Of a stretch of 64,000 bases of DNA, positions 25,671 to 37,559 are shown piece after piece (within the stretch, counting starts at the first letter, position 1; every line of letters begins with the position of its first letter). Both the position numbers and the translations under genes were made by a program. Where the stretch lies: positions 1,798,001 to 1,862,000 of the forward strand of contig OZ038379.1 in NCBI GenBank assembly GCA_964036045.1, given 5' to 3'. This DNA comes from Eutreptiella sp. 'Long Island Sound 2002' (taxonomy: Eukaryota; Protista; Euglenida). Below the pieces are notes generated by a model, which was given only the letters and a program-made list of their open reading frames with translations, had not been told where the DNA came from and did not search any database.

Positions 25671-26486
25671 CTATGTGTAAGAGACGCCCGGTGCACACTT
25701 GCCGAAGAGTTGGAAATTGGAACGTTTCGCCGAAGTCTGTGGACGTTGCGGGGGGGGCTGCGCAGGCAGCAATGACCCAAACTGCGGCCTCTCCGGCCGG
25801 GGGGCGGACTGAGACGCACGGCGCTGGAGCAATGAACCGTACTGCGGGGTGGGGCACGGCCGCTTCGGGGCGGGAGCCAATGGGAGGAGTGAGGAGCGGC
25901 GGTGCCTGCTATACTGGGTCAGTGTCACCTGATCACTTGCTGGAGGGGGCAGTGGCCGACGAGGCACAGGTTGTGGGGCCGGCTTGGGGATACGGGGGGG
26001 TTTTGGGGTAGCACACAGGATTTCAAGCACCACTGCTGCATGCTCCTCGACCCTCGAAAGGAAATGCGAACGGCTAATTCGCATGCCCTCCTGCCACACC
26101 CGCAAGGGGTTTTTCTTGGGCTGCTGAACCGCAAACCGGTACATCGCACGGCGGTTCAGCACCCCGTCCACGAAATACTGAACCCCACCCCCGTGATTCT
26201 CCCAGATGAGCTGCAATGTTTTGGCACTGTAGGGCCCGTGAACAGTGGGTTTGGGGGGGTGGGGGGGTCCTTGGGTACATACTTGGGGGGTTGTGGGGGG
26301 GATGGCGGTGGAACGGCAGTGCACATCAGGGCCTCCTCCACGGCTTCCAGGGCTACCAGGTATGGGGTTGAGGTAACGTGGGGTCTCGGTGGAGGACTTA
26401 CTGGCGTTGGAAAGGTTGCTGGTGAAGGGGGAGAGGGGGGCGGTGTTGGCAATGGAGGCTGGGGCGAGGCCAGTTCGCTGAGACAC
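25671..26486 (-). CDS. Possible Pro-rich accessory ORF of the hAT element
   Basis: A 271-aa ORF with a globular-looking core (LQLIWENHGGGVQYFVDGVLNRRAMYRFAV...VLEILC) between Pro-rich arms. No family was recognised. Confidence 0.25.
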   Translation of the reverse strand: MSQRTGLAPASIANTAPLSPFTSNLSNASKSSTETPRYLNPIPGSPGSRGGGPDVHCRSTAIPPTTPQVCTQGPPHPPKPTVHGPYSAKTLQLIWENHGGGVQYFVDGVLNRRAMYRFAVQQPKKNPLRVWQEGMRISRSHFLSRVEEHAAVVLEILCATPKPPRIPKPAPQPVPRRPLPPPASDQVTLTQYSRHRRSSLLPLAPAPKRPCPTPQYGSLLQRRASQSAPRPERPQFGSLLPAQPPPQRPQTSAKRSNFQLFGKCAPGVSYT

Positions 26487-28251
26487 TTCTCAGCGTCAGA
26501 GTCCCACGGTGGCGAGGGGGGTTGGTCTCCAAACCGCAATAGCTCCGGCAGATCCCCCCAACCACATTCCGGAAACGAATGGCTGGAGGGGACGGAAGAG
26601 GCCACGCTAAGGGGGCTAGACGACATGGCAAACTGCGGCGCGCAGCGGGCGGTGGGGCACGCCCAACTCCAATGTCTGGGTCAGAGACGCAGTGGTTTAG
26701 ACCCAAGACAGACTTCCTCGCCTCAAGGGGGAGGTAGGTAACAAAAGAGTGCCCTATGTGTAGAAGAGGCTCAGTGCACACGCGTCTCCAATGCAATACA
26801 CGCATTTCCCTTTGTCTCAGTAACAGGCACAACATGCAACAATTACATATACCAGGAGATCAGCACCAAGTGAAATCAAAACGAATTACCTCCAAGTTGT
26901 CAACCACCAATACACACATAGCAGAGCCCCTTCTGAGGTTTTTTTTTGGATGACAGTGGGACTTCTGCATGTTGTCAGCACATTCTTCATCGAAGGGGTC
27001 TGTGGTCGTAGGCGCCAGGGCCTAGACCACACACAGCTAAAACACGTCAAGGATGTTCTGCATAATGAGCACATTCTGATCGGATGCAGCAACAAACATG
27101 TCAAAACCCCTTCTCAGCTGTTGGCAGCATCATCACTGAAGGGGTATATGGTCGTAGGCGCCAAGGACTAGACCACACACAACCTGAACACCTCCAGGGT
27201 GTTCTACACAATCACATTGAAAGAACGGCAAAATGTCTGTGTGAGTGTGCTAGCCTGAGGTCCTGGAGCAAGCTGCAGAAATGGTGTCCTAATTATACCC
27301 ACTTCTGCACCCTTGCTAAACCCGGCGGTTGTCTTTACACGGTGCGATGGGGTACGCCCCACGTCTCTCCGCCCCTAGGTGCCCAATTTCTTTGCTGGCA
27401 CCAGAAAACCTTGGGGACTACCCAGCGCTAACGCCAAGGTATTGGTTTTGTCTAACTACCTACCTATTGCAGGGGAGGGGTGGCCAAAAGCTATGAGGCA
27501 TGAAAACGCCTGTTTGCTATGTGGCCAAAACCTAGGCTACCACTGCCACTGCCCACCGAAAACCCTGTTAAAATTCCAGGAAACTGGCAGGACAGTGACA
27601 CACACGCTGTAGGTCCTACACACCCTACTGTGGACCCAGCCTTCGAAGGATGACGTCATCCAGGCCTTCCACTCCTACACGCACACGCTACTTGGTGCTG
27701 CTGTCAACGAGGTCGTAGGCCCTACTGGCCTTCCTGTGAGAGAAGCCAGCAACACACAGCGCTGCTAAGCTGCTGTGGCCTGATAGGGACGCCATTACGC
27801 GTACCCCTGCCAGGGCTTGGAGGGAAGCAGTGCACTGCGGCGCAGCGTGAGTACGTGTCGTTCATGGCAGAGTCGTTCAGCATCTTCTTCGGTGGTTCCC
27901 CATTTCTTTGGTGTGATCCGCGCCCTTTTTGCTGAGCAAAAAATTGTGCTGTCGAAGACAGCAAAGTGCACCAATCACCCTGACCTACACCAACTGAGAG
28001 GTTCACATGCAGGCACTGTTTTAGGCTGAGGAACCTAACCACCCTCGCCGTATTATACGCGTCCTCGAGTGGAAAATAATACGCTGTCCCAAAACAGGTC
28101 CTTCCAAGAAAGCAAGCTTAAGGAACTCCGCCCGTTCTCTTATAGAACGTAGGGCGGAGCCCCTGGGTAACCTAAACAAGGGTTTACCGAGCGCACCACG
28201 CGTGGCCTACCCTTTAATGTGTCATGTGCATGCACAGGAGACACAGCCGCA

Positions 28252-28372
28252 ATGACTCTACCAGGGGGTGGCCCCTCCTGGGCTTACTCACCTTACCTAC
28301 CACAATGTCAATCTCAAACATGATGACTCTACCAGGGGGTGGCCCCTCCTGGGCTTACTCACCTTACCTACC
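28252..28372. repeat. 71-bp-period duplication in the hAT subterminal region
   Basis: atgactctaccagggggtggcccctcctgggcttactcaccttacctacc occurs at 28252 and 28323. Confidence 0.9.
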
Positions 28373-29799
28373 GCCGCAAGCGAAAGGAGAGCAAACAACA
28401 TGACATGCACACATGCAGGCATATTTTCCCCAACCCACCATTTTCCTGAAGTGAAGTTCCCGTGTCTCTGTGGGGGTGGGGGGGGGGGGTACTGCCATTT
28501 TATCCCCATTTTCCTGAAGTGAAGTTCCTATGTGTCTGGTGGGGGGGGGGGTGCACTTTTATGATTGGAAACAGGGGGGGGGGGTACTATGCTTTCCCCC
28601 ATGTTGAACGTTTTCCGAGGTTCCATATTTTCCCATTTTCCACTTGTCCACTAGTCTGATATTGGGGGGGGGGGGGAGGTCTATCATGGGGGGCTTGGGT
28701 GTTGGGGGTTGGGGGGGGTGGTCCATAAAAGTCTGAAGTCTGAAGTCTGATAGCCCATTGGGTTACTATACCCATAGCTGCCGGTGGTAGTCAAAGGCAC
28801 CTAGTCTGTATCTAGTGGTGTGGAAAAAGTCGATGTGGTTGTCATGGTCCTTCCTTTCCACTCCCCTGAGACGGTAGGTAACGTTGCGGACAGGTCCATC
28901 GGGTTGAGGTTGACATTCAGTGACCTCTCCTGTAGCACCTATTTGATTGTTACACGTGGAAAGAGATTGCACATTTGGCGCCTGGAGGTGCTCCGTGATA
29001 TCTTGGTACTAGTACGGTGATGCCCAAAGTTGATGTTGTCCAGGTACATTGGTGTAGAAGGACGGCTGGCAGGAATAATCCATTTCAGAGACCATAGCAA
29101 TTGAGCCCCTATCAAGTTTCGCTTATTGAACCGCGATCAGCGAATGCAGACGTTTCCAAGCTCCCAGAAACCAGGAATCGCTACTTGCTCTTTTGCACAG
29201 GGCGACAACGGTCAATGAACCGATAGTTATGTTAATTGCAAATATTATCAGCTCCAATCGGATAAAATCGCAAACTTTGGGATCCGCAGAAAAGACGGCT
29301 CTCTCTCCGCGTGTCCAATTTCCGGCACCGCCATGGTGGGCTGGTCGCTTTTCCTTGGAGTTGACAAGCTTCACGTACGCGGAGGACACGTTTGGGTACC
29401 TTTGCAATCAGGGCTGCCGAGGCTCTCTACGTGTCAAGGGAACGCGCGACTTGGGCTCCCAATGCTATAGGTACTCGTTTTGTCACCAAATTATGATTGG
29501 AACTGGTACCAGTCGCCTTTGGTAGTCTGGCTCACAAAAGAAGAAACTTTGAAATAAAATAGCTGCTTCGGGGGGCATAGACCTAGCAACACGGGCCTAG
29601 TTGGTGGAACAAGCGTCTCTCAGGTGCTACATCAGTTGTACTGTCCCATTATGATGACCCAAACGCATTCCACAGCCCGTAAAAGGTGTTGCACAAGCGA
29701 CTTCTCAGAAAGTTGTGAAATGCCCTTGACGCAAACACCACTTACCGTGTTCGCAAACACGCATCCTCTGGTCCGGAAAATTCTATTGCCTTCGGCAAG

Positions 29800-31600
29800 T
29801 CCACCCAAAACATGCTTTACATGCCTTGGATGGTCATTTTAGGTGCTCATGCTGTGAAAAAAATAAGTTTCGAAAAACTTGCAATTTTCAGTTGTCCAAG
29901 GTGAAAAACATCAGCAGGTTGCCTACCAATCCCTTGGGAGACCCCCCCCCCCCCGGAGAGACCCCCTCCCCGCGCCCAAAAATGAAAAAGACATAAATAC
30001 GGCCTAAAACACGCTTTACATACCTTGGATGGTCATTTTAGGTTATCACGGGTTCAAAAAAATAAGATTCGAAAACTTCGATTTTTGAGCTTCCCAGGGT
30101 GAAATACTGCATAAGCACGTTGTGTTCCAATCCCCCCTCCCGCACCCAGAACCCAAATAAGGTGAAAGACACATGAATACGGCCTAAAACATGCTTTACA
30201 TAACGTGGATAGTCATATTGTGTGGTCACAATATCAAAAAAATAAGTTTCGGAATCTTCGATTTTTGAGCTGCCCAGGGTGGAAAGCTGCAGAAGTGGGT
30301 GGTACACTGGCCGGTTCAATCATGTGAGCCATTATTGGTGGAAACAATCGTTTGGCGTCTTTGGCACGGGTTGTGACCGGCCCTCAGCAAGGCTACAAAC
30401 TACAAAAAATGTCCTTTCGTATCGTAGTAGGCATATACTATCACAACATCCCCACTCACACCCCTCAGAGTGGGTACTCACACCCCTCAGAGTGGGTACC
30501 ACGGGGTCACCGAGGTCGCCAAAACCACAAACATAGCAAAAATGGCTGAAAAGTGCATAAACTGCATCGGTGCTCGTCCCACTCCGCCCCATACAAACCC
30601 CATGGAGTCGGGACCCGAAAACACTTTTTCGGCTCAAAATCAAAAAAAACAAAAGGTGCATAATTTTCGGCCCAAAAAAAGGTGGGGGGTCAATTTTTGA
30701 CCCCCCCCCCCCACCCCCCCCCCCCCCACCCCCACCCCAACCTCCCTCAAAACCTCAAAAAAGTGAGTTTCAAGTGGGGGGCTCTGGGGGGGTCCGGACC
30801 AAAACTCTTTGGGGGATGCGTTTATTGGACAAAATAATGATTTTACAAGGGGATAAATTAACAATTCAAGCCCTTGGGGTAGGGTACGCAAATAGGCCCA
30901 AAAAGGCCCGAAATGGGGGGGTATGTGGCGTTTTCCCCTATATACGCCTGCCTGGCTTTGATCTAACAACCTCTGCGAGGTGATTTTGAAGCTTTTGGGG
31001 GGACCGTGGCTTGGGTACATGGGCCCACTGGCCACTACGTGGGTCCCCATGGGTGCTCAAGTAGGCGTATTGTCACCAAATGATCACCCAAACCCATCCT
31101 AGGGGCAACAGAAGGGCTTCGGAAAAAGTCGAAATGTGAAAAACTTTGAAGTGTCACTAAACAGCCTACGCAACAGCAATTTTGGGGCTTTCGGAGGGCC
31201 ATGGCACGGGCTACATAGGCCTAGCACCCACTACGTGGGTCCCGGAGGTGCTCAAATACCCCTATTGTCACCAAATGATCACCCACCCCATCCTAGGGGC
31301 AACGGAAGGGTCTCATGAAAAATCGAATTTCAAAAAACTTGCACGCACCACTAAACAGCCTATCCAGCGTGAAAACAGCTAAGTCCTCACCGGCAAGGGG
31401 CCATATGGGGGGGAGGCCGACTGAGGGTACCTAGAGTTGGGACCCAGGACCCCTGCCATGGGTTAGGGGGTCCATATACAAGAGAAAAGATCTTGAGGAC
31501 CCAAGTCCAAATACACACACAGCGGCCACAATACACAAAGAAGTTTTGACGCCACTCCACCCCCACCCCCAACCCCCCTGAAAAAACGACGAGGTACGGG
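29800..31600. repeat. Composite interspersed repeat family A, copy 1
   Basis: Shares blocks (aaacatgctttaca..., ctacgtgggtccc...gtgctcaa..., gggacccagga...catgggttagggggtc) with 39.0-41.3 kb and 51.9-52.3 kb. Confidence 0.85.
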
Positions 31601-32221
31601 GGTAGTCAGCAGTCTGGACGGCTGTGAGACCAAACAGCGGCCATGTAACCTGAATAGCACAGTTCCACAAGAGAATTTCTGATTTGGGCCGTTGTCAATT
31701 TACCTTTGTCCACAATTAACTGGTCACACATGTACATCAAATTTATCACACTAGTTGCATTGGATGTCACAAGCAAGCCATGGGGTTCTCAATCACCTTC
31801 GGTGTTTTCAATTTTAGCAATACAACGGGATCGAGGTGGTGAGGAATCCACTGCCCACAATCGCAAAACCACGTCCACAGGGCAGAGTCCGTCAGGAAAA
31901 ATTGAGCTTTTCTGCCCCCACTACTGTACCGTTGCCTGCCCTTTTGTAGAACTTGCCCTTCGACTCGTTGAACGACCTTCTTCCAATCATCCAGTTGCCT
32001 TTGCCGTGTCCAAAAACATTTCTCCACAGTGATGTCCCAGATTGTTCGCTGGATTTTTTCAAATCCAACACCTTGTTCGGTAGGGGCAACAGCTCATCGT
32101 TTTGTACGCATGGGCGGTGTGTAATGGAACTTTTTCCCTATGTAGGTCACTGCACCCCTCCCACGATTGAAATTTTTTTCGAACTTGCTGCAACCATGTC
32201 TCCTTCTCCCCCGCAAACACC

Positions 32222-32400
32222 CCCACTACAACGGCATCACGGTCATCAGCATCATCAGCATCACGAATAGGGGCATCTGCTGCAACACCATCAGCAACAT
32301 CACGAACATCAGGAACATCCGCATCAACATTAGGGGGATTCGCTGCAGCAGGAGCAACAACATCAATCTCAGCAGCAGCATCAGCATCACCACAATCACC
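32222..32400. repeat. CAT/CAG/CAA-rich low-complexity microsatellite
   Basis: catcagcatcatcagcatcac...agcagcagcatcagcatcac. Confidence 0.75.
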
Positions 32401-32629
32401 ATCTGCGGAAGTATAAGGGTTTTCATCCTAACCTTCATCTGATTCCCCTGGATTAGTTTCTGCAGCCCAAGCATCATCAACAACGCAGTCATCATATTCT
32501 CGAGCCTCAGCAACAGTTGCAAGAGAAGCATCCATACTAAGCATCTTCAGAACATAGCAAAAGCATGGATGGTAAAAATAAAAGCCAGCAAAGAATAAAA
32601 GCACGCACCTACTTTTAAGCGGGGGGGGG

Positions 32630-32945
32630 GGGTTTACCCAGTCGAGCCAAAGTGGTACATGCACACTGGCCGTGGGTCACCACCTTTGGCGCAAGCCGAG
32701 ACCAAACCCAACCCAACCCCCCTAAAAAGGGGTACCCAGGTGCGGAGGGGTATGGGGGTCAACATCCAAAAAATCATTGGGGGATCATTTTTGGTCCTAA
32801 AATGATGATTTTTCAAGGGGTTACACGTTAGAAACCATACATCGGGGTATGCTACGCGAACGACCCCAAAAAAGGGTGGTATATGACGCTCGCGCCTTTG
32901 CTTGATCTGACAACCTCTCTTCGAGGTAATTTCCCTCGAGCCAAA
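32630..32945. repeat. Repeat family A fragment
   Basis: aaaaggggtacccaggtgc...gggatcatttttggtcctaaaatgatgatt...cttgatct..caacctctcttcgaggt, as at 40.67-40.88 kb and 57.0-57.19 kb. Confidence 0.85.
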
Positions 32946-34049
32946 GGCAAGGAACAAATTTTTCGGCCTAAAATGCCCTCCACCGATTGCAGGACACAAA
33001 GTTGTTCAATCAAACTGTGACACACCCTCCCTCCCTCTATTAGACCGTTGCCTATGATTTGGTGAAATTAATTCTCAGTGCTGAGGTACCTCTTTGGCGA
33101 ATGAGGGGGTTTTGGCATGATGGTTGGCGTCTACACCTGGCAGCGCCTACTGGCCGATCGCCATTCGCTGCCCTTCCCTTGGATCCTTTCCCTCCATAGG
33201 CGGTGGTGCGCATCGGCTTCTCACCACCCTTTGACCTTCCTCTTCCTCCCTGCCCTAACCTTCCCTCTCCCCTTCCCTTTCCCTTCCCTTGGCCTTTCCC
33301 TCCGTAGGCCGCACCGCCCATCGGCCTCACACCACTCCTTCGCTTCCCATTCCCTTGGTCGGTTGTGCCAACGGAGCCCCCGGACTTGCCCTGTTTCACT
33401 TCTCTGTGTCGAGTGCACGCAGAGGAAGGCAAATGCCTTCGCCGTTGGCCAAGTGCGTCCAAGCGGCCATCCCAAGCCGGCGGTGAGGTACCTCTCCCCA
33501 ACGGCGGCTAGTGGGCCCTAGGATGGCCACTTGCGGGGTCGTTTCCCCAACGGGGTCACATAACAACCTTTCGCCTCCAAGTTCCCGCGCTCAGTCCTTC
33601 CTTTGGCAAGCGCAACACAAACCCCCTACCCTCTCCTTCATGCCTTTGCTGCGCGTGTTGCGTCCCCTTGGCCACCCATGGCGTGCGCGGGTGTGGGTTG
33701 TGGCGGGTGTTGTCCGTTGTTGGGTAGCAGCGGGCGGCTGCACGCCACGTTGGGTGTTGGGCGGCGCACCGGGTGCGGTGCGTTGAAGAGCGGGGAAGGG
33801 TTGGTGCCCCGCGAGCGGATGGGTGTTGTGGGGTGTGTGTGGGTGCGCGGGGGAGTAGGATGTAGCGGGTGATGAGGGGTGGGCCACTTGCCGTCGTTGG
33901 CCGCCCACTTCTTAGCGCGACTCCCCGGACAACCTCCACATAGGAGCGAGTTGTTGCTGGGTTGATGGTGTTGTCCCGTGTTGGATGGATGCATGGCGAA
34001 TGAGGGGAATGGGGGATGGAAAGTAAGCCATCAAGGCAAAATAAATGTA

Positions 34050-34495
34050 AAGTCGGTGTGTGAGGAGCCTTTGGAAGGCTGACCCTGTTTGGCAAAGCCG
34101 GCAGAGTGCGGGAGGGGGGGGGGGGGAGCTGTCAGAGTTGCAAATCACCAGGATAGCCCTAACCCCATACCAGATTCAACCAGCGCAGAACCACATGTGC
34201 TCCACCATCCCCCCAATAACAACAAGAATGGCCCTCTCCTTGAAACCAGATGGGATTGGCTAGATAACCTCTGCCGTCTAGGGGGTCCCCAACGCTTCGG
34301 AGCCGGGGACAAAATCAGAAGTGGCCCACAAGCGGGCAGATTGGCTACATCTGGGGGATCCCCAACCCCTCAGAGGGGGGGGGCAAGGCCAGCAGTCGCC
34401 CACAAGTGGGCGGACTGGCTACATAACACCTGCCGTCTATTGGGTCCCCAACGCTTTAGAGCGGGGGACAAAGTCAGCAGTGGCCCACAAAGGGG
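34050..34495. repeat. Interspersed repeat family B (agaagtggcccacaag/ggctacat subunits)
   Basis: Internally repeated motifs also occur at 36300-36370 and 59600-59700. The 5' part (ggagcct.tggaagg..gaccctgttt) recurs at 58261-58290. Confidence 0.7.
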
Positions 34496-34496
34496 C

Positions 34497-34745
34497 GCTT
34501 TTTGACTAAATTTTTTGCTTAGCAAAAAAAAATCTAGTCAGTTTTTTACTTAGTAAAATGAATAAAAAAAATTTGTATGCAGCAATTTACTAGGTAAAAC
34601 AAATTTCCTGCTGAGTGAATTGCTTAGTAGAAAAAAAATTGTATCTAAGTAAATTACTAAGTAAAAAACCCACCCGCAGAGGAAAACCTTAGTAAGTGAA
34701 GGTTTTTTTTTCTAACTTTTGAAACTTAGTAAAAAAAAATTGAAG
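34497..34745. repeat. AT-rich island of repeated TTRC-NNN-GYAA interrupted palindromes (MITE-like)
   Basis: TTGCTTAGCAA (~34516), TTACTTAGTAA (34546), TTACTAGGTAA (~34587), TTACTAAGTAA (34654) plus partial copies. Confidence 0.6.
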
Positions 34746-35705
34746 CGGACCCGTCCAATTGCCATGTCCATAGGATGTTGTTGCACATGGCACACTGCTA
34801 GTTGCCCCGCCCCACCCCTGCGCGCAAAGATTCCCCCAAACCCCGGGGGAAACCTGGCCAAAGTGACGGGTCCCCCAGGCCCAGCGGTATGATCAAGGGG
34901 CGTGGCACACGAACCGTTTCAAGCCCCAAAACTGAGATGTGTGATCAGTTGTTCGCCTAGCACTGTCATCACACACCTCGACAAAAGCGCGCAATGGAAC
35001 CAGTGTTGGATTTATTCGCACGGCAGCATGCCAGACGAATGCTGTTTCAAGATATCAATACATACTGGACTGCGCTGATCCGGGATATCATGTACCGCTT
35101 GGGGTGCAGCAGAGGATGCCAGCTGTACTGGCCGCAAAGATCGCACAACTCAAGCCTTTGTCCGCACTGCATACATCCCCCGCGCCATGCCCATTTTCCA
35201 ACAATCCGGCGCCCCCGTGTTGGCAGCAGAGAAAGCCCAAAATATACAGCATATAAAGCATAAATTCTTGAAACTCCTAAGCCCCTTGTCCCTTGTTCAT
35301 GCCGATCGCCTGGAAATCGCCATGTAACCACGGGGGCTGGCGCCAGCCAATGTGTGACCCCGAGGGGTGTTCAACAGTTTGGGGGGCTGTAGGGGGGGGG
35401 GGACCCCACCCCCCTCCGAAGGGGGGGGGGACCCCACCCCCCCCCTTCGTTGACCCAAACCCAGCACCTTTTCCGGCAGGCCCCGTCCAAGCGCGCAAAC
35501 ACACAAAGCTAACAAGATGCACTGTGAATGGTGATTGTTTTGCTGCACTGCGGCACTTTCATAGCAGTACTGAATGTTGCCTTGAGTTCGCCCAAAGGCC
35601 TTTCCTTCCCCTTGTCACAAACCACAGACATATATGTAGAGAAGCGAAGGGAGTCTCAGACATATATATATATATATATATAGAAGTGAAGGGAGGAGAG
35701 GGGCC

Positions 35706-36215
35706 TCAAGCATCGGAATCATCCTCCCACTCGTCGCGTGCCCTCTTGCCGGTACTCTTGGGGCGAGCACGCTTCTTTGGTCGGGCTGCTTGTGCTCTTG
35801 TGACCCGGCAGGCTGCCGGCCCATCAGACATGGATTCCGATGGCGCATAGTCACTAGTGCCTGACGGGGCACTACTGCTGGAGGCTGCACTCGTACTGGA
35901 GGAGGCATTGGTGGACGAGCTGCTGCTACTACTACTGCCACTGCTACTACTACCTTGGTTTGGCCCAGAGAGAAGAGCAGGGAGAACAGTGGGCAAAGCC
36001 GGCGGCGCAGCAGGCTTCGCCTTCGGTGGCAATGGGGCCCGGAAATTGTCAAAGGCTTGCAACACCTTTGTTTTCTCTTCTTCGCTGCACCCGGCATAGT
36101 CATGGGACACACCAGGGTGCGCTTGTGCCATGTGGTGTGGCATGGCGTAGGTGCAATGCCATTTTCGGCAATCAAGCACCTTGCAGCGAACTGGCAAGTT
36201 GGTGCTAGGGTTCAT
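35706..36215 (-). pseudogene. C2H2-type zinc finger plus Ser-rich/basic tail; 3' part of a decayed gene
   Basis: CKVLDC-x12-HMAQAH spacing, followed by a Ser run and an NLS-like basic tail. Stop-ridden protein-like sequence continues at 36690-37300 beyond a repeat insertion. Confidence 0.45.
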
Positions 36216-37559
36216 CGCTGTTGGGGTTGCCGCGCTGTTGAGCCGTAGCCGATGGTACGCGAGACTGCAATTGCTGTCAATGCCCCTGCCGTCTCGGGGA
36301 GCCCCTCCGCCTCAGAGCGGGGGCAGAATCAGAAGTGGCCCAGAAGTGGGCAAGGTGGCTACATAACCTTTTTGTGCTTTTCAGCCATTGTTGAATTCTC
36401 CACAAAATTCTGAGTATTTTGAGTATAGACACATGGGGTGGAACAAAAAAATTCCCCCCCGCCGTGTGCCTAAAACAAAATCTGCGGCGCCTCTGGCGCC
36501 GACAAAGCACACTGTTCCGTGCGACAATTTTGGGGTCCGTAGAGGGGGGGGGGTGCCCCCCCCCCCCCCCTTTGGGGTCGGGTCCCGGCCAGGGCCAGCC
36601 CCCGTGCATGTAACGTGGAAAAAAAAACTGCACATCTCCTGCCCTTTGGTTGGTCCATGAACGCTGTATGTCCTCCCTGTATGGAAAGCCCTGGTTGCTT
36701 CGTCTCGTCTGGCACTTACACCATAAGAAAGCGTAGGTGCTCACTGAGCACAACCAGTATAAACAAAATACAGGGCTCTTGACTATACGCCTTAGTTGCA
36801 TTCGTGCTCAGCCACAAAATCGTTCCACCTGTGAGACAGGGCTCAACAGACACTGCTTTTGCTGGGACTTGGCCCACACCATAAGAATGGCCAACGCGGA
36901 ACAACTGGAAGTGGCCCACTTCATTCGTGGCTGAAAACCATAAGGCTGTCGACGGTGTGTGTCTCAAGCACCTCGGTCAACACACCTATGCCCAGTTCCA
37001 CTATTCCTGTGCGACTCTACGCACATGCACAGCATAAGGCCTTTTTCCGGCTTGGCGAAAGACACCCTGCAGAGCATCACTGCCACAGCTCTGCCAGCCC
37101 CAAGAGCACCCACAGCAGCCCACCACCTGTGCAGACGTGCACTAAAGCCCTCTTCTGGGGGTATCTGGGCACGGTTTTAGAGGTTCTGGTGCCAATGGTT
37201 ATGGTGCATTTCGGCGCCTCGTTGGTGACTGTTTGAGGGTTCTCTTGTTGTTCAAAACCGGAGGCCATCTGCATTTTCTGGGCACCATTGACCTTGTATC
37301 CTGCCTAGACAACCCACGGCAGTGAAGTAACGCATCAGCCCTTTGCAAAACGATTGAAGAAACGATTGTGTCTCACGGTGCAGCTTCCATCGGCTCTGGT
37401 CGTAAGCAGGTCACAAAGCGCTCCACACATGCACGTCCTGGTATGCATATGCAGCAATGTTCGGCAGTTCCATTCTCATTGGCCAAGGCCCCACAAGGCC
37501 ATCGGCTCTGGGCTCTCGCATCGATGCGTCCACGGAGGTCCCTTGTCAGCCCCCCAAAC

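Larger units (their letters stand above)
19477..28780 (-). mobile_element. hAT-superfamily DNA transposon, 9,304 bp
   Basis: TIRs CAGCCATGGGTATA (19477-19490) and TATACCCATAGCTG (28767-28780) match 13/14. Flanking 8-mers GCGGTGGT (19469-19476) and CCGGTGGT (28781-28788) match 7/8 and form an 8-bp TSD. An internal hAT transposase is present. Confidence 0.92.

Noticed and set aside
29240-29430. Minus-strand peptide KRVLRVREACQLQG...FCGSQSLRFYPIG, resembling C5 DNA-methyltransferase motifs IX-X
   Set aside because: An in-frame TAG lies ~12 codons upstream of the motif, the spacing to motif X is wrong, and no PC catalytic or FxGxG motif is nearby. Probably chance.
32167-32531. ORFs rich in I/S/N or M/L
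   Set aside because: They are translations of a CAT/CAG microsatellite.
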